A DNA stretch of 64,000 bases from contig OZ024742.1 of the NCBI GenBank assembly GCA_964016885.1, positions 139,872,001 through 139,936,000 of the forward strand, given 5' to 3'. Positions 52,409 to 64,000 of this stretch are shown here, piece by piece. The notes below the pieces were generated by a model. It saw nothing but the letters and a program-made list of their open reading frames with translations. It made no database searches and was not told where the DNA came from. Source of the DNA: Eledone cirrhosa (Eukaryota). A program made the translations under genes and the position numbers. The first letter of the stretch is position 1, and each line of letters starts with the position of its first letter.

Positions 52409-53367
52409 ATCATCATCATCATCAACGTTTAACGTCCGTGTTCCACGCTTGCTTGGGTTTGGACGGGGGTAGTCCCACTTGAGGCAAGAGTGATTGTCTT
52501 GCTCGCATAGGACTGTCTGGCAGGTTTTCTACAGTTGGATGCCCTTCCTAACACCAACCACATTTACAGTGTGGGTCTGGGAGGTTTTTACCGTGTTGCC
52601 TTCACGGCCACATTACAGCGTGGACTGTGTGTTTTTTTGTCGTGACACCTACACGATCTCATTTGTTTCGGCCTGGATGGCGCGGCACCAACATAACTTT
52701 ACATAGAACGGGGTGGTGTGGATGGGGTGGGGGTGGTGGCGGGACGGGGTGTATTTTGTTAGAGATGCCTACTGGCAAGGCGGGTCTTCTCTGTTACTGA
52801 GTACCGCCAAAGGTCACGGTCCAGTGACATTGTCTTGGAGAGGTGTAAGTGTGTGAGGTCGGAGTTTATCAGCTCATCCCATGTTTTTCTAGGTCTGCCT
52901 ATTCCGTGGCTACCGTCTATCTTTATTGCCCTGCACTTTGTAATACAGCTATCAACTTTCATGCGCATCACGTGTCCATACCAACGCAGCCTTCTCTCGA
53001 GTAAACAACATCTGATCCCTCTTATCTCTAATTTTTTTCTTAGTTCGTTTATGCTTTGCCGTTCACGTATATTACTGTTACACATCCAGCGGAGCATGCA
53101 AGCTTCGTTCCTCTCTAGTCTGCGTATATCCTCTGCACACAATGCCCAGGTCTCACTACCATGCAACATTGCTGTTCGTATGCAGGCATCGTACAACCTG
53201 CCTTTCATTTTTAGGGAGAACCCTTTAGCAGCTAATAGTGGTATAAGCTCTCTGAACTTTTTCCAACCAGTTCTGACTCTAGCTACAGTACTTTCAGAGC
53301 ACCCTCCCCCACTGCTGATTTTATCGCCCAGGTAACGGAAGCTGTCCACTATTTCTATAGAACCCTC
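52409..53367 (-). mobile_element. RTE LINE 3' end, intact reading frame
   Basis: ORF 52759..53349 DSFRYLG..ARVRTGWKKF..LHGSETW..RLRWYGHV..GRPRKTW; (GAT)n tail; (TA)n flanks. Confidence 0.9.
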
Positions 53368-53473
53368 TATATATATATATATATAAATATATATATATAA
53401 ATATATAAATATATATATATAAATATATATATATATGTATATAAATATATATATATAAATATATAAATATAAA

Positions 53474-54342
53474 TTAGCGAGAATCGTTTTCAGCTCAGGA
53501 ATTAACGAAAATCAACGATACAGTATTTTCCGTTGTGTTGTAATATAAATATTACACACAGTAGATTATCAGCTCACGTAGAGTTTGCTCGACGGTTCCA
53601 GTTGTAGTTTCAAAAGTAATCCGGAGAAAGATAGAAAGATTTGAATGGATACAGTTTAGTTGAAAGGAATTTATTGACACGTGTTTCTATAACAGTTACA
53701 TAACCTAAAACAGCTGCTATCTACAAACTTTTAGTTATGCAGACATTCAATATTTCAATGTTATTATTTACTGTCATTTCATCAGAATAATATTACTGAG
53801 GACCTATTTAGTTTTTATAGAGAATATTAGGAGGGAGGGGTGAAGTTGTTAGAAGAATAGTTGAAGGAGTGGTTTTTCGATAGCAGTGAGAATTCTTGGT
53901 GGCAGTGAGTAATTAGATTCCCATCTGTTGTTTTGACATTTTTTATAGAATATATTATTGGTTATTTTTCTAAATCTATAGAAGGATTAGAGATAGTAAA
54001 GATATGCGTAGTTGGTTTTGTGTTTGCACTTAATTAACATTCAGACTTAAATTTTTCTTTCAAGTGTACGTATCCTTTCACCCACGCATTCACACACAAA
54101 TATATTTGCACACCTCTACAAAATACATATACTCACAATTCACATATTCATACTTACATATATATACACATGCATACACATATATATACACACATGTATT
54201 CATGTACATACATACGCGCTCATGTGTATACATTTTCATACTCAACTTATCTTTATATACACACGTATAGACACACACATATATACTTACATACTCTAGT
54301 CCATGTGTACACACATACACATACATACACATCCATATACAC

Positions 54343-54391
<49 letters not shown>

Positions 54392-55384
54392 CACTTTAAT
54401 ACATGAATACACTTACATCTAACTATACACATCAAACATATATATATATTTACTTATTTATATACATTTTCACATATATATACATACTTATGGACGTTTT
54501 TAGACACATTCATTATCGCATATTTGTACCTATTCTCATCAGCATATCTTTTCATTATTAGTATGGTAATTTAAGGTTATTAATATATGTTGAGAAGAGA
54601 TTGTTTTTATATTTTTCTAACTAGATTAAAGTTTATATAGTTGAGGGATGTCCCTCTTTTATGTAATATTCGGCTTGTAGTGGGAAAAAAGGGTTTTAGT
54701 TCTGTGACGGCAGAATAATGTTCGTTCAATTCTGTTATTCAGCAGTTTCTTCTTGTGTGTGATTATGTAATAAATCTCAAGATTACACAATTTGCAGAAA
54801 TTTTGGCTCCTGGAAAAGCTTTGGGTTTTAGCTAATTTTTCCCATTTTAGGGTAAACTTTTGGTCGCTATCCCTGAGCGTCCAAGCTTTTTCTGCTAAAG
54901 TTGTTACATTTCTTTGGCTCTGGTGTTTTATTGAGTAAGAATGCCTATACAATCGAGATTTAAACGATGTTGCCGTTGATCCCACGTAATACCACTCGTT
55001 GCCTCCGGATTTAATGGTACACTTATAAATAATATTTTTTTCCAGGCAGTTATTGCCGAGGGGGCAGTTGTCAGGATAGGTGCAGTTACAGTTGTGTACG
55101 TTGGGTTTTCTCTGGAGTAGTATTGCGGACGAACTTAGGTGTGGTTTATTTATGTTCTGTAGTGTATTGTCTACTGTTTTTTTTGTGTTCTTTGTACTTA
55201 AGTTCTTAGTGTTTTCGTTTAACCTTCTAGTATTGATCTTTTTTATGTGTTGTTCAAGGTTTAACGCTGTAGAGTATGACAGTCTTATAGTGGTAGGGTT
55301 TAGGATTTTGTGGTATTTGTGTGATGTGGGAAAATGTCTTTTAATTATTTTAAAGAAGAGTACTGGTAAATTTGTACTAATGGA

Positions 55385-55385
<1 letters not shown>
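53474..55385 (-). mobile_element. 5'-truncated Hydra-clade-like PLE (third family)
   Basis: [47 protein letters not shown]; long 3' region with HHR; (TA)n flanks. Confidence 0.82.
53671..53790 (-). ncRNA. Hammerhead-like motif with ~91-nt stem II insertion
   Basis: TTATT-CTGATGA-a-ATGACAGT...ACTGTTAT-a-GAAAC-ACGT-GTC-AATAA; GUC site, palindromic loop III. Confidence 0.7.
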
Positions 55386-55697
<312 letters not shown>

Positions 55698-55699
55698 TC

Positions 55700-57102
55700 A
55701 AAAGGGCTTAAAATTAACCTGGCTAAGACTAAAGTTCTAGTTTGTAGGAAAGAAAATAAGGCGGCGGTCCCTTCTGGGAAATGGTCATGCTCAGTGTGTA
55801 GGAAAGGCGTAGGTAGAAACTCCATTTTATGTCCTAAATGCAAAGTATGGGTGCATAAAAGATGTAGTGGGATCACAGGTAAGCTAACTAAGAACATAGA
55901 TTTTACATGTGGCCGGTGCTCTGGTGCAATAAGTAGCAGCAAGTGCCCACAAAATACTAGCTCTTTCAATTGCGCAGAGGGTTCTATAGAAATAGTGGAC
56001 AGCTTCCGTTACCTGGGCGAAAAAATCAGCAGTGGGGGAGGGTGCTCTGAAAGTACAGTAGCTAGAGTCAGAACTGGTTGGAAAAAGTTCAGAGAGCTTA
56101 TACCACTATTAGCTGCTAAAGGGTTCTCCCTAAAAATGAAAGGCAGGTTGTACGATGCCTGCATACGAACAGCAATGTTGCATGGCAGTGAGACCTGGGC
56201 ATTGTGTGCAGAGGATATACGCAGACTAGAGAGGAACGAAGCTTGCATGCTCCGCTGGATGTGTAACAGTAATATACGTGAACGGCAAAGCATAAACGAA
56301 CTAAGGAAAAAATTAGAGATATATATGCATATATATATGTGCATATATATATATATGCATATATATATATATGCATACGAACAGCAATGTTGCATGGCAG
56401 TGAGACCTGGGCAGTGTGTGCAGAGGATATACGCAGACTAGAGAGGAACGAAGCTTGCATGCTCCGCTGGATGTGTAACAGTAATATACTCGAGAGAAAG
56501 CTACGTTGGTATGGACACGTGATGCGCATGAAAGTCGATAGCTGTATAACAAAGTGCAGGGCAATAAAGATAGACGGTAGCCACGGAATAGGCAGACCTA
56601 GAAAAACCTGGGACGAGCTGATAAACTCCGACCTCACACACTTACACCTCTCCAAGACAATGTCACTGGACCGAGACCTTTGGCGGTACTCAGTAACAGA
56701 GAAGACCCGCCTTACCTAAATACATAATAAAACCTACTACAGCCAGTAGGCATCTCTAACAAAATACACCCCGTCCCACCATCCCCACCCCGTCCACACC
56801 ACCCTGTTCTATGTAAAGTTATGTTGGTGCTGCGCCATCCAGGCCGAAACAAATGAGATCGTGTAGGTGTCACGACAAAAAAACACACAGTCCACGCTGT
56901 AATGTGGCCGTGTAGGCAACACGGTAAAAACCTCCCAGACCCACACTGTAAATGTGGTTGGTGTTAAGAAGGGCATCCAACTGTAGAAAACCTGCCAGAC
57001 AGTCCTATGCGAGCAAGACAATCACTCTTGCCTCAAGTGGGACTACCCCCGTCCAAACCCATGCAAGCGTGGAACACGGACGTTAAACGTTGATGATGAT
57101 GA
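55700..57102 (+). mobile_element. RTE LINE (same family as 52409), rearranged, with PHD-like finger inside the RT
   Basis: GLKINLAKTK..CSVC..CPKC..HKRC..CGRC..DSFRYLG; (TA) interruption and internal duplication at 56320-56490. Confidence 0.88.
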
Positions 57103-57126
57103 TATATATAAATATATACATATATA

Positions 57127-57985
57127 TCATCATCATCATCATCATCATTTTACGTCCGCTTTTCCCTGCTTGCAAGGGTGGGACGGGTCTTATTCAGCAC
57201 AGCATCTCTCCACTCGTCACGGTCCCTCGTCATCTCCACCGTGAGCTTCAATGATCTGAGGTCTGTTCTCACCACCTCCGCCCATGTTTTTCGTGGTCTA
57301 CCTCTACCACGTCTTCCTTCAACTGGCATTTCCTGGCACTTCTTCACCCATCGGTCATCCTCCATGCGCATCACATGTCCATACCACCTCAGTCTCCTCT
57401 CCCGTACACTACATTCTATCCCTCTCAGACACAGTTTCTCTCTCAACACATTTATGCTGGGTCGTTCACGCACATTTACACTGCACATCCAACGGAGCAT
57501 GCTTGCCTCATTTCTCTCCAGCCGTCGCATATCTTCTGCGGTAGCTGCCCATGTCTCACTACCATGCAGCATCGCGCTCCTCACACAGGCATCATACAAC
57601 CGGCCTTTCGTACGCAGGGAGAAACCCTTCTTCGTCAACAGAGGAAGCAGCTCCCTAAACTTCTTCCAACCCATCCTTATTCTAGATACTATGGCCTCGG
57701 AACACCCTCCTCCCATGCTAATCTGATCTCCTAGGTACCGGAAGCTATCCACCACTTCTATAGCGCCCTCTCGCATTTGAAAAATGTGTCTATCAGTGCG
57801 ATTTCTACTGTCTAACTTCCCTGTACATCTACTGCATACATATTTCTCCCTACCTGTTAGTTTGCCTGCTATCCCGCTACATCTCTTGTGTACCCAGGAC
57901 CTACATTGTGTGCATTTTATAGAATTTATGCCAGTTCCTTTTCTGCATATCGAACATGGCCATTTCCCTGACGGAATCAGGGTTT
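57127..57985 (-). mobile_element. RTE LINE 3' end, second family
   Basis: ORF 57150..57776 plus upstream CSIC..CTQC..HKRC..CSRC; (GAT)n tail. Confidence 0.88.
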
Positions 57986-58042
57986 TTATATATATATATA
58001 TATATATTTATAGATATCATCATCATCATATATATATATATT

Positions 58043-58079
<37 letters not shown>

Positions 58080-58110
58080 ATACATATTTATATATATATA
58101 TATATATACA

Positions 58111-58163
<53 letters not shown>

Positions 58164-58435
58164 TTATATATATATATATATATATTTAATATATATATAT
58201 ATATATATTTAATATATATATATATATTTAATATATATATATATTTAATATATATATATATATATATTTAATATATATATATATATATTTAATATATATA
58301 TATATATATTTAATATATATATATATATTTAATATATATATATATATTTAATATATTTTATATATATATTTAATATATATATATATATTTAATATATATA
58401 TATATATATTTAATATATATATATATATATATATA

Positions 58436-58472
<37 letters not shown>

Positions 58473-58761
58473 ATATATATATTAAATATATATATATAAT
58501 ATATATATATATATTTAATATATATATATATATATTTAATATATATATATATATATTTAATATATATATATATATATTTAATATATATATATATATATAT
58601 TTAATATATATATATATATATTTAATATATATATATATATATATTTAATATATATATATATTTAATATATATATATATATATATATTTAATATATATATA
58701 TATATATATATTTAATATATATATATTTAATATATATATATATATATTTAATATATATATA

Positions 58762-58809
<48 letters not shown>

Positions 58810-58820
58810 ATATATATATT
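57985..58820. repeat. Patterned (TA)n array (TTTAA(TA)n units)
   Basis: Directly visible. Confidence 0.95.
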
Positions 58821-58928
58821 TCTATGGTTCTTATATATTTGATATATATTTTCCTTATCGAGCCCTCTTTGGATTTTAGTCTTCAATTTTATTATTATTA
58901 CTATTATTATTATTATTATTATTATTAC

Positions 58929-58964
<36 letters not shown>

Positions 58965-58976
58965 TATATATATATA

Positions 58977-59033
<57 letters not shown>

Positions 59034-59043
59034 ATATATAAAT

Positions 59044-59083
<40 letters not shown>

Positions 59084-59094
59084 TATATATATAT

Positions 59095-59866
59095 ATGCAT
59101 ACGAACAGCAATGTTGCATGGCAGTGAGACCTGGGCATTGTGTGCAGAGGATATACGCAGACTAGAGAGGAACGAAGCTTGCATGCTCCGCTGGATGTGT
59201 AACACTAATATACGTGAACGGCAAAGCATAAACGAACTAAGGAAAAAATTAGAGATAAGAGGGATCAGATGTTGTTTACTCGAGAGAAGGCTACGTTGGT
59301 ATGGACACGTGATGCGCATGAAAGTCGATAGCTGTATAACAAAGTGCAGGGCAATAAAGATAGACGGTAGCCACGGAATAGGCAGACCTAGAAAAACCTG
59401 GGATGAGCTGATAAACTCCGACCTCACACACTTACACCTCACCAAGACAATGTCACTGGACCGAGACCTTTGGCGGTACTCAGTAACAGAGAAGACCCGC
59501 CTTGCCAGTAGGCATCTCTAACAAAATACACCCCGTCCCGCCACCACCCCCACCCCATCCACACCACCCGTTCTATGTAAAGTTATGTTGGTGCCGCGCC
59601 ATCCAGGCCGAAACAAATGAGATCGTGTAGGTGTCACGACAAAAAAACACACAGTCCACGCTGTAATGTGGCCGTGTAGGCAACACGGTAAAAACCTCCC
59701 AGACCCACACTGTAAATGTGGTTGGTGTTAGGAAGGGCATCCAACTGTAGAAAACCTGCCAGACAGTCCTATGCGAGCAAGACAATCACTCTTGCCTCAA
59801 GTGGGACTACCCCCGTCCAAACCCATGCAAGCGTGGAACACGGACGTTAAACGTTGATGATGATGA
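59095..59866 (+). mobile_element. RTE LINE 3' end (same family as 52409)
   Basis: ORF 59111..59521 and near-identical 3' UTR. Confidence 0.9.
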
Positions 59867-60614
59867 TATATGTATATATAAATGTATATATATATATATA
59901 TAAATGTATGTATATATATAAATGTATATATATATATAAATGTATATATATATATAAATGTATATATATATAAATGTATATATATATAAATGTATATATA
60001 TATATAAATGTATATATATATATAAATGTATATATATATATAAATGTATGTATATATATAAATGTATATATATATATAAATGTATATATATATAAATGTA
60101 TATATATATATATAAATGTATATATATATATAAATGTATATATATATATAAATGTATATATAAATGTATATATATATATAAATGTATATATATATATAAA
60201 TGTATATATATATATAAATGTATATATATATATAAATGTATATATATATATAAATGTATATATATATATAAATGTATATATATATATAAATGTATATATA
60301 TATAAATGTATATATATATATAAATGTATATATATATAAATGTATATATATATAAATGTATATATATATAAATGTATATATATATATAAATGTATATATA
60401 TATAAATGTATATATATATAAATGTGTATATATATATAAATGTATATATATATATAAATGTATATATAAATATAAATATATATATTAATATAAATATATA
60501 TATATTAATATAAATATATATATTAATATAAATATATATAAATATATATATTAATATAAATATATATAAATATATATATTAATATAAATATATATATTAA
60601 TATATATATATATA

Positions 60615-60685
<71 letters not shown>
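59867..60685. repeat. Patterned (TA)n array (AAATG(TA)n then TTAA units)
   Basis: Directly visible. Confidence 0.95.
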
Positions 60686-60960
60686 GAGAGAGAGAGATAT
60701 AATCTTTAGATATGTCTATATAGATATAATCAATGTATATATTATCAGGTGACTGAGTCAATTAATTTATGAGATTTGGTACATATAATTAATGGTGGCA
60801 GGCACATAGTATAGTGATTACATGGTTGCGGGTTTGATTCCTCGACTTGGTGATGCATTACATCCTTGAACAAGACACTTCATTTCACCTTGTTCCAGTT
60901 CACTCACAATATGAGTACCAGCAGCTGGAGGCTAATGACTGCAACAGACTAGAAGATGAT

Positions 60961-61007
<47 letters not shown>

Positions 61008-62796
61008 TCATCATCACTATTTAACATCCATTATATATATTCTGAGTTCAAATCCCGCCAAGGTTAACTTTGCCTTACATCCTTGCGGGGTCGATAAAAT
61101 AAAGTACCAGTCATGCACTGGGTAATTGCTGGCCTTGTGCCTAACGTAGAAACAATTATATATATATATGCGCAGTTAGTATTGTCTGACTACCTTGTGA
61201 GTATGCACAAGCTCTAGAGTAACAAGACTCAAGCTTGGCTTTGTGTGTCATAAGAGGCAATTAAATGGGTTGGCGCCAGAAAGCGCATCCAGCTGTAAAA
61301 AAGCAGTTACAAACCATGCCAGCATGGAAAAGTGAATGTAAAAACGATGTTGTGTGTGTGCATTGATTACACAAAATTATAAGTGGGAAAGATATGTTGT
61401 GATTTTATGTATAGAAAACCGTGGTAGGTTCGGCACCAAACTTCAGCATTGAGGGCTACAATATATAGGGGTAAAATAAAAAAGCCAGTTCTTTCAATGA
61501 AATAAGTAGACAGTCACTTTTAATAATAAAAATATTGTGTATATATGTATATACAATATATAATAGACATGCAGTTGTATGTGCTTAAGCATAGAAAAGT
61601 GGACGAAAAAAATTGATATATTGAGATGGGATGGATATTGTTTTGTGTGTGTATACACAGGTTACAGTGACATGTTTCTGGGAATTGGCCCCTCCCTGTA
61701 GTATGCCTGTTATGATGCTAAATAGGACTGTTAGGAGCTATTGTCATTCAAATATTTCAGTAGCCTCACTCTCACAATAGCAATAGTGAAGGAGAACTTG
61801 AAATATTTTTAATTGAAATCTTCCATCAATAGACAGAAATTCTATCTGGTCTTCTAGTCCAAACTAGATACAACGCCACTTATTAACAAACATTAACTGT
61901 TAGTGTGTTGAGCTCATGACCCGTAAGATCGTGAGTTTGATTCCTGGTTCGAGTGGCATGTTGTTCTTCAGCAAAACATTTTATTTTATATTGCTTCAAT
62001 CAACTCAGCTGGGAAAAAAGTGTTGTAACAACACTTATACTAGACTGAATTGAACTTTGCCTTTCCCTTGGAATATATCATTGGTGTAGAGAAATTACTA
62101 GTATGTGTGAGCGACTGCTGGTCTCTTCCACAAAACACCTTGCCCATAGTGAGTTATAGCTTGGGGTATTTGTTTTAGCAACTAGAGATAATATATAAAA
62201 TCTGAAGCAAAGCTCCCTTGTCACCCTTTTTTCAGCCCTTTTGATACCAACCTGCCCAAAGCAACCTTTGTGTAAAGAGTTCCTATTTAAATTAAAACCT
62301 TTCAACATAATTTTATATAAAAATGTTGTGTTATATAGGTGCAAGCATAATAATATTGTTAAAGAGTTCACTTTGCAATCACGTTGTTTTGACATCAGTC
62401 CTACTCTGTGGCACCATGGGCAAATAATCTCTACTATTGCCTCTAATTGAGTGAAATTTGGTTGATGGATACTGTACTGAACATGTCATATATTCACAGG
62501 GGTTACGTTCCTAGAGCACCTCATATATTCACAGGGGATTGGAGCCCCTATCACTAAAATACTCATGAGAGGGCAGATAAACTTACTTAGGTGTGTGTCA
62601 TAAGCACATAACATTATGCGTGTATATCTACACCACTTAGCAACCAGCATTGTTGGTTTATATCCCATAACGTTCATCATGTAAAGGCAGATAAAATAAG
62701 TACTGGGGCTGATGTGATGGACTAAACCATGATGATGCTGCTCAAGCATGGTCAAAGTCTAATGATTGAAACCAGTAAAGAATAATATATATATAT

Positions 62797-63806
62797 CCTT
62801 CAAGTTCCATATCAGGTCCACCAGTCTAGTGAAGTGTCTCTTGCTCCGGTCCTTGAAGGAGTCCGTGTGATTGTATATCCTCGATTTAAAGGTCGTGGAT
62901 ACTGCGCCGATGTAGGTGCGCTTGGTGTTGTGTGTTCTAACCACACATTTATAGACACGCCCTTCGTTAGGCAATTTCCCTGCAGAGGGCATTGTGTGCC
63001 CACGCGGCAGTTGCATGTTCGGGCTGTATGTTGCTCATTCCTGGCCTTTTTGCGGTGTTCTCTTGATTCGCTGGGTGTTGTTCTGCCGGTGCGGTGGGCT
63101 CCTTTCTGTCGTTCAGTGCCACCTGGTTGTCGAGTACTGTGTCTTCCGCTGGTAGATCAGCTATTGTGGGGTCCGGGTCGCAGTAGGTGGCCCTGCCTCC
63201 ATGTTGTCCTCCTGGCCCCCCAGGTGCATCAGTCACCTGCAGTAGTTGGTGGTTGAATTTCACTGCCTTGGTTTTGGCCATATAATCTGCCATGTTAGGC
63301 GCGGTTGGGACTTGAAGGACAGCGGCACCTTGTACGATCTCAACTGGAGTATCGTTCAACGTGCTAATGCATATTTGGTCGGCGAAGAGAATTGCAGGCT
63401 GTGCCTGTCCGAGGCCATGGAGATAGTGAGATTAGAAGATGACGCAGTCAACCTGAAATCAGAGATCATCATGGCATGTAGACACCAACGAAAGTGCATA
63501 CTCTCCGCATGGGAACCCCCAGATGGCTCCAACTAGAACCATACGGGGGTGCGGACATCAGTTGGGGTGGCGGCGCGGGTCCATGGATCTGACATCATAC
63601 CTTTGATGACTATGTATGTCGTATGGGGCATGTCAACACACCCAATGCTGCATATCTGGTTCTGTACTGTATCTTAAATACCGCTGTCGCAATAGCCAAG
63701 ACACAGCGGTTTAATTTCCATGGGTATACTCAACCCCGTCTCACCCATCACTAATGCACTCTGTTTCAGCACCATACTCTGTTACAAACTGTTTTTGCGT
63801 ATTCCC

Positions 63807-63810
<4 letters not shown>
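62797..63810. mobile_element. Hydra-clade-like PLE endonuclease region with 5' inversion
   Basis: Minus 63303-62797: TAPNM..CNCRVGTQCPL..YKC..YIGA..FKSR..WNLKD; plus 63307-63536: WDLKD..WSIV..CRLCLSE..NLKSEIIMACRH. Confidence 0.8.
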
Positions 63811-63847
<37 letters not shown>

Positions 63848-63954
63848 ATAATAATAAATTTGAAGACTAAAATCCAAAGAGGGCTCGATAAGGATAAATA
63901 TATATCAAATATATAAGAACCGTAGAGCAAATATTTATTAAAATAACAGATTAA

Positions 63955-64000
63955 AGTTTGAGCAAAGAATCGCTGCTTTCACTCTTAACGAGATCTTCTG
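63955..64000 (-). ncRNA. CAGAAGA-core hammerhead-like motif (cut by the window edge)
   Basis: CAGAAGA-tCTC-gttaa-GAGt-GAA-AGCA-gcgattctt-TGCT-C-AAACT; compensatory stem II change relative to 11193 and 31680. Confidence 0.65.

Overview
AT-rich, repeat-saturated animal genomic DNA. The SINE/RTE/CR1 repertoire and (TA)n density suggest a cephalopod mollusc (inference). The only recognisable host gene segment is the first coding exon of UHRF1 (42084-42236, + strand, ubiquitin-like domain), flanked by E2F-like motifs. Its next exon was not found, so everything downstream is probably intron. The rest is mobile DNA, mostly nested in (TA)n tracts: several families of Penelope-like elements (PLEs; Hydra-type with a CxCx5C linker, Nematis/Neptune-like types) with inverted pseudo-LTRs and fold-backs, RTE LINEs with a PHD-like finger inside the RT, CR1 and CRE relics, tRNA-derived SINEs, a non-autonomous Helitron, a Chapaev3-like transposase fragment, a non-coding LTR element with a tRNA-Trp-like PBS, and a 2.85-kb inverted duplication carrying tRNA-Leu pseudogenes. 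The main hidden layer is more than 20 hammerhead-ribozyme (HHR)-like motifs read by eye. They include a family-wide non-canonical CAGAAGA core supported by stem II covariation, HHRs with ~90-105-nt structured insertions in stem II, and intact-looking sense-strand HHRs inside the presumed UHRF1 intron. All folds and clade names come from manual reading, not computation, and element boundaries are approximate.
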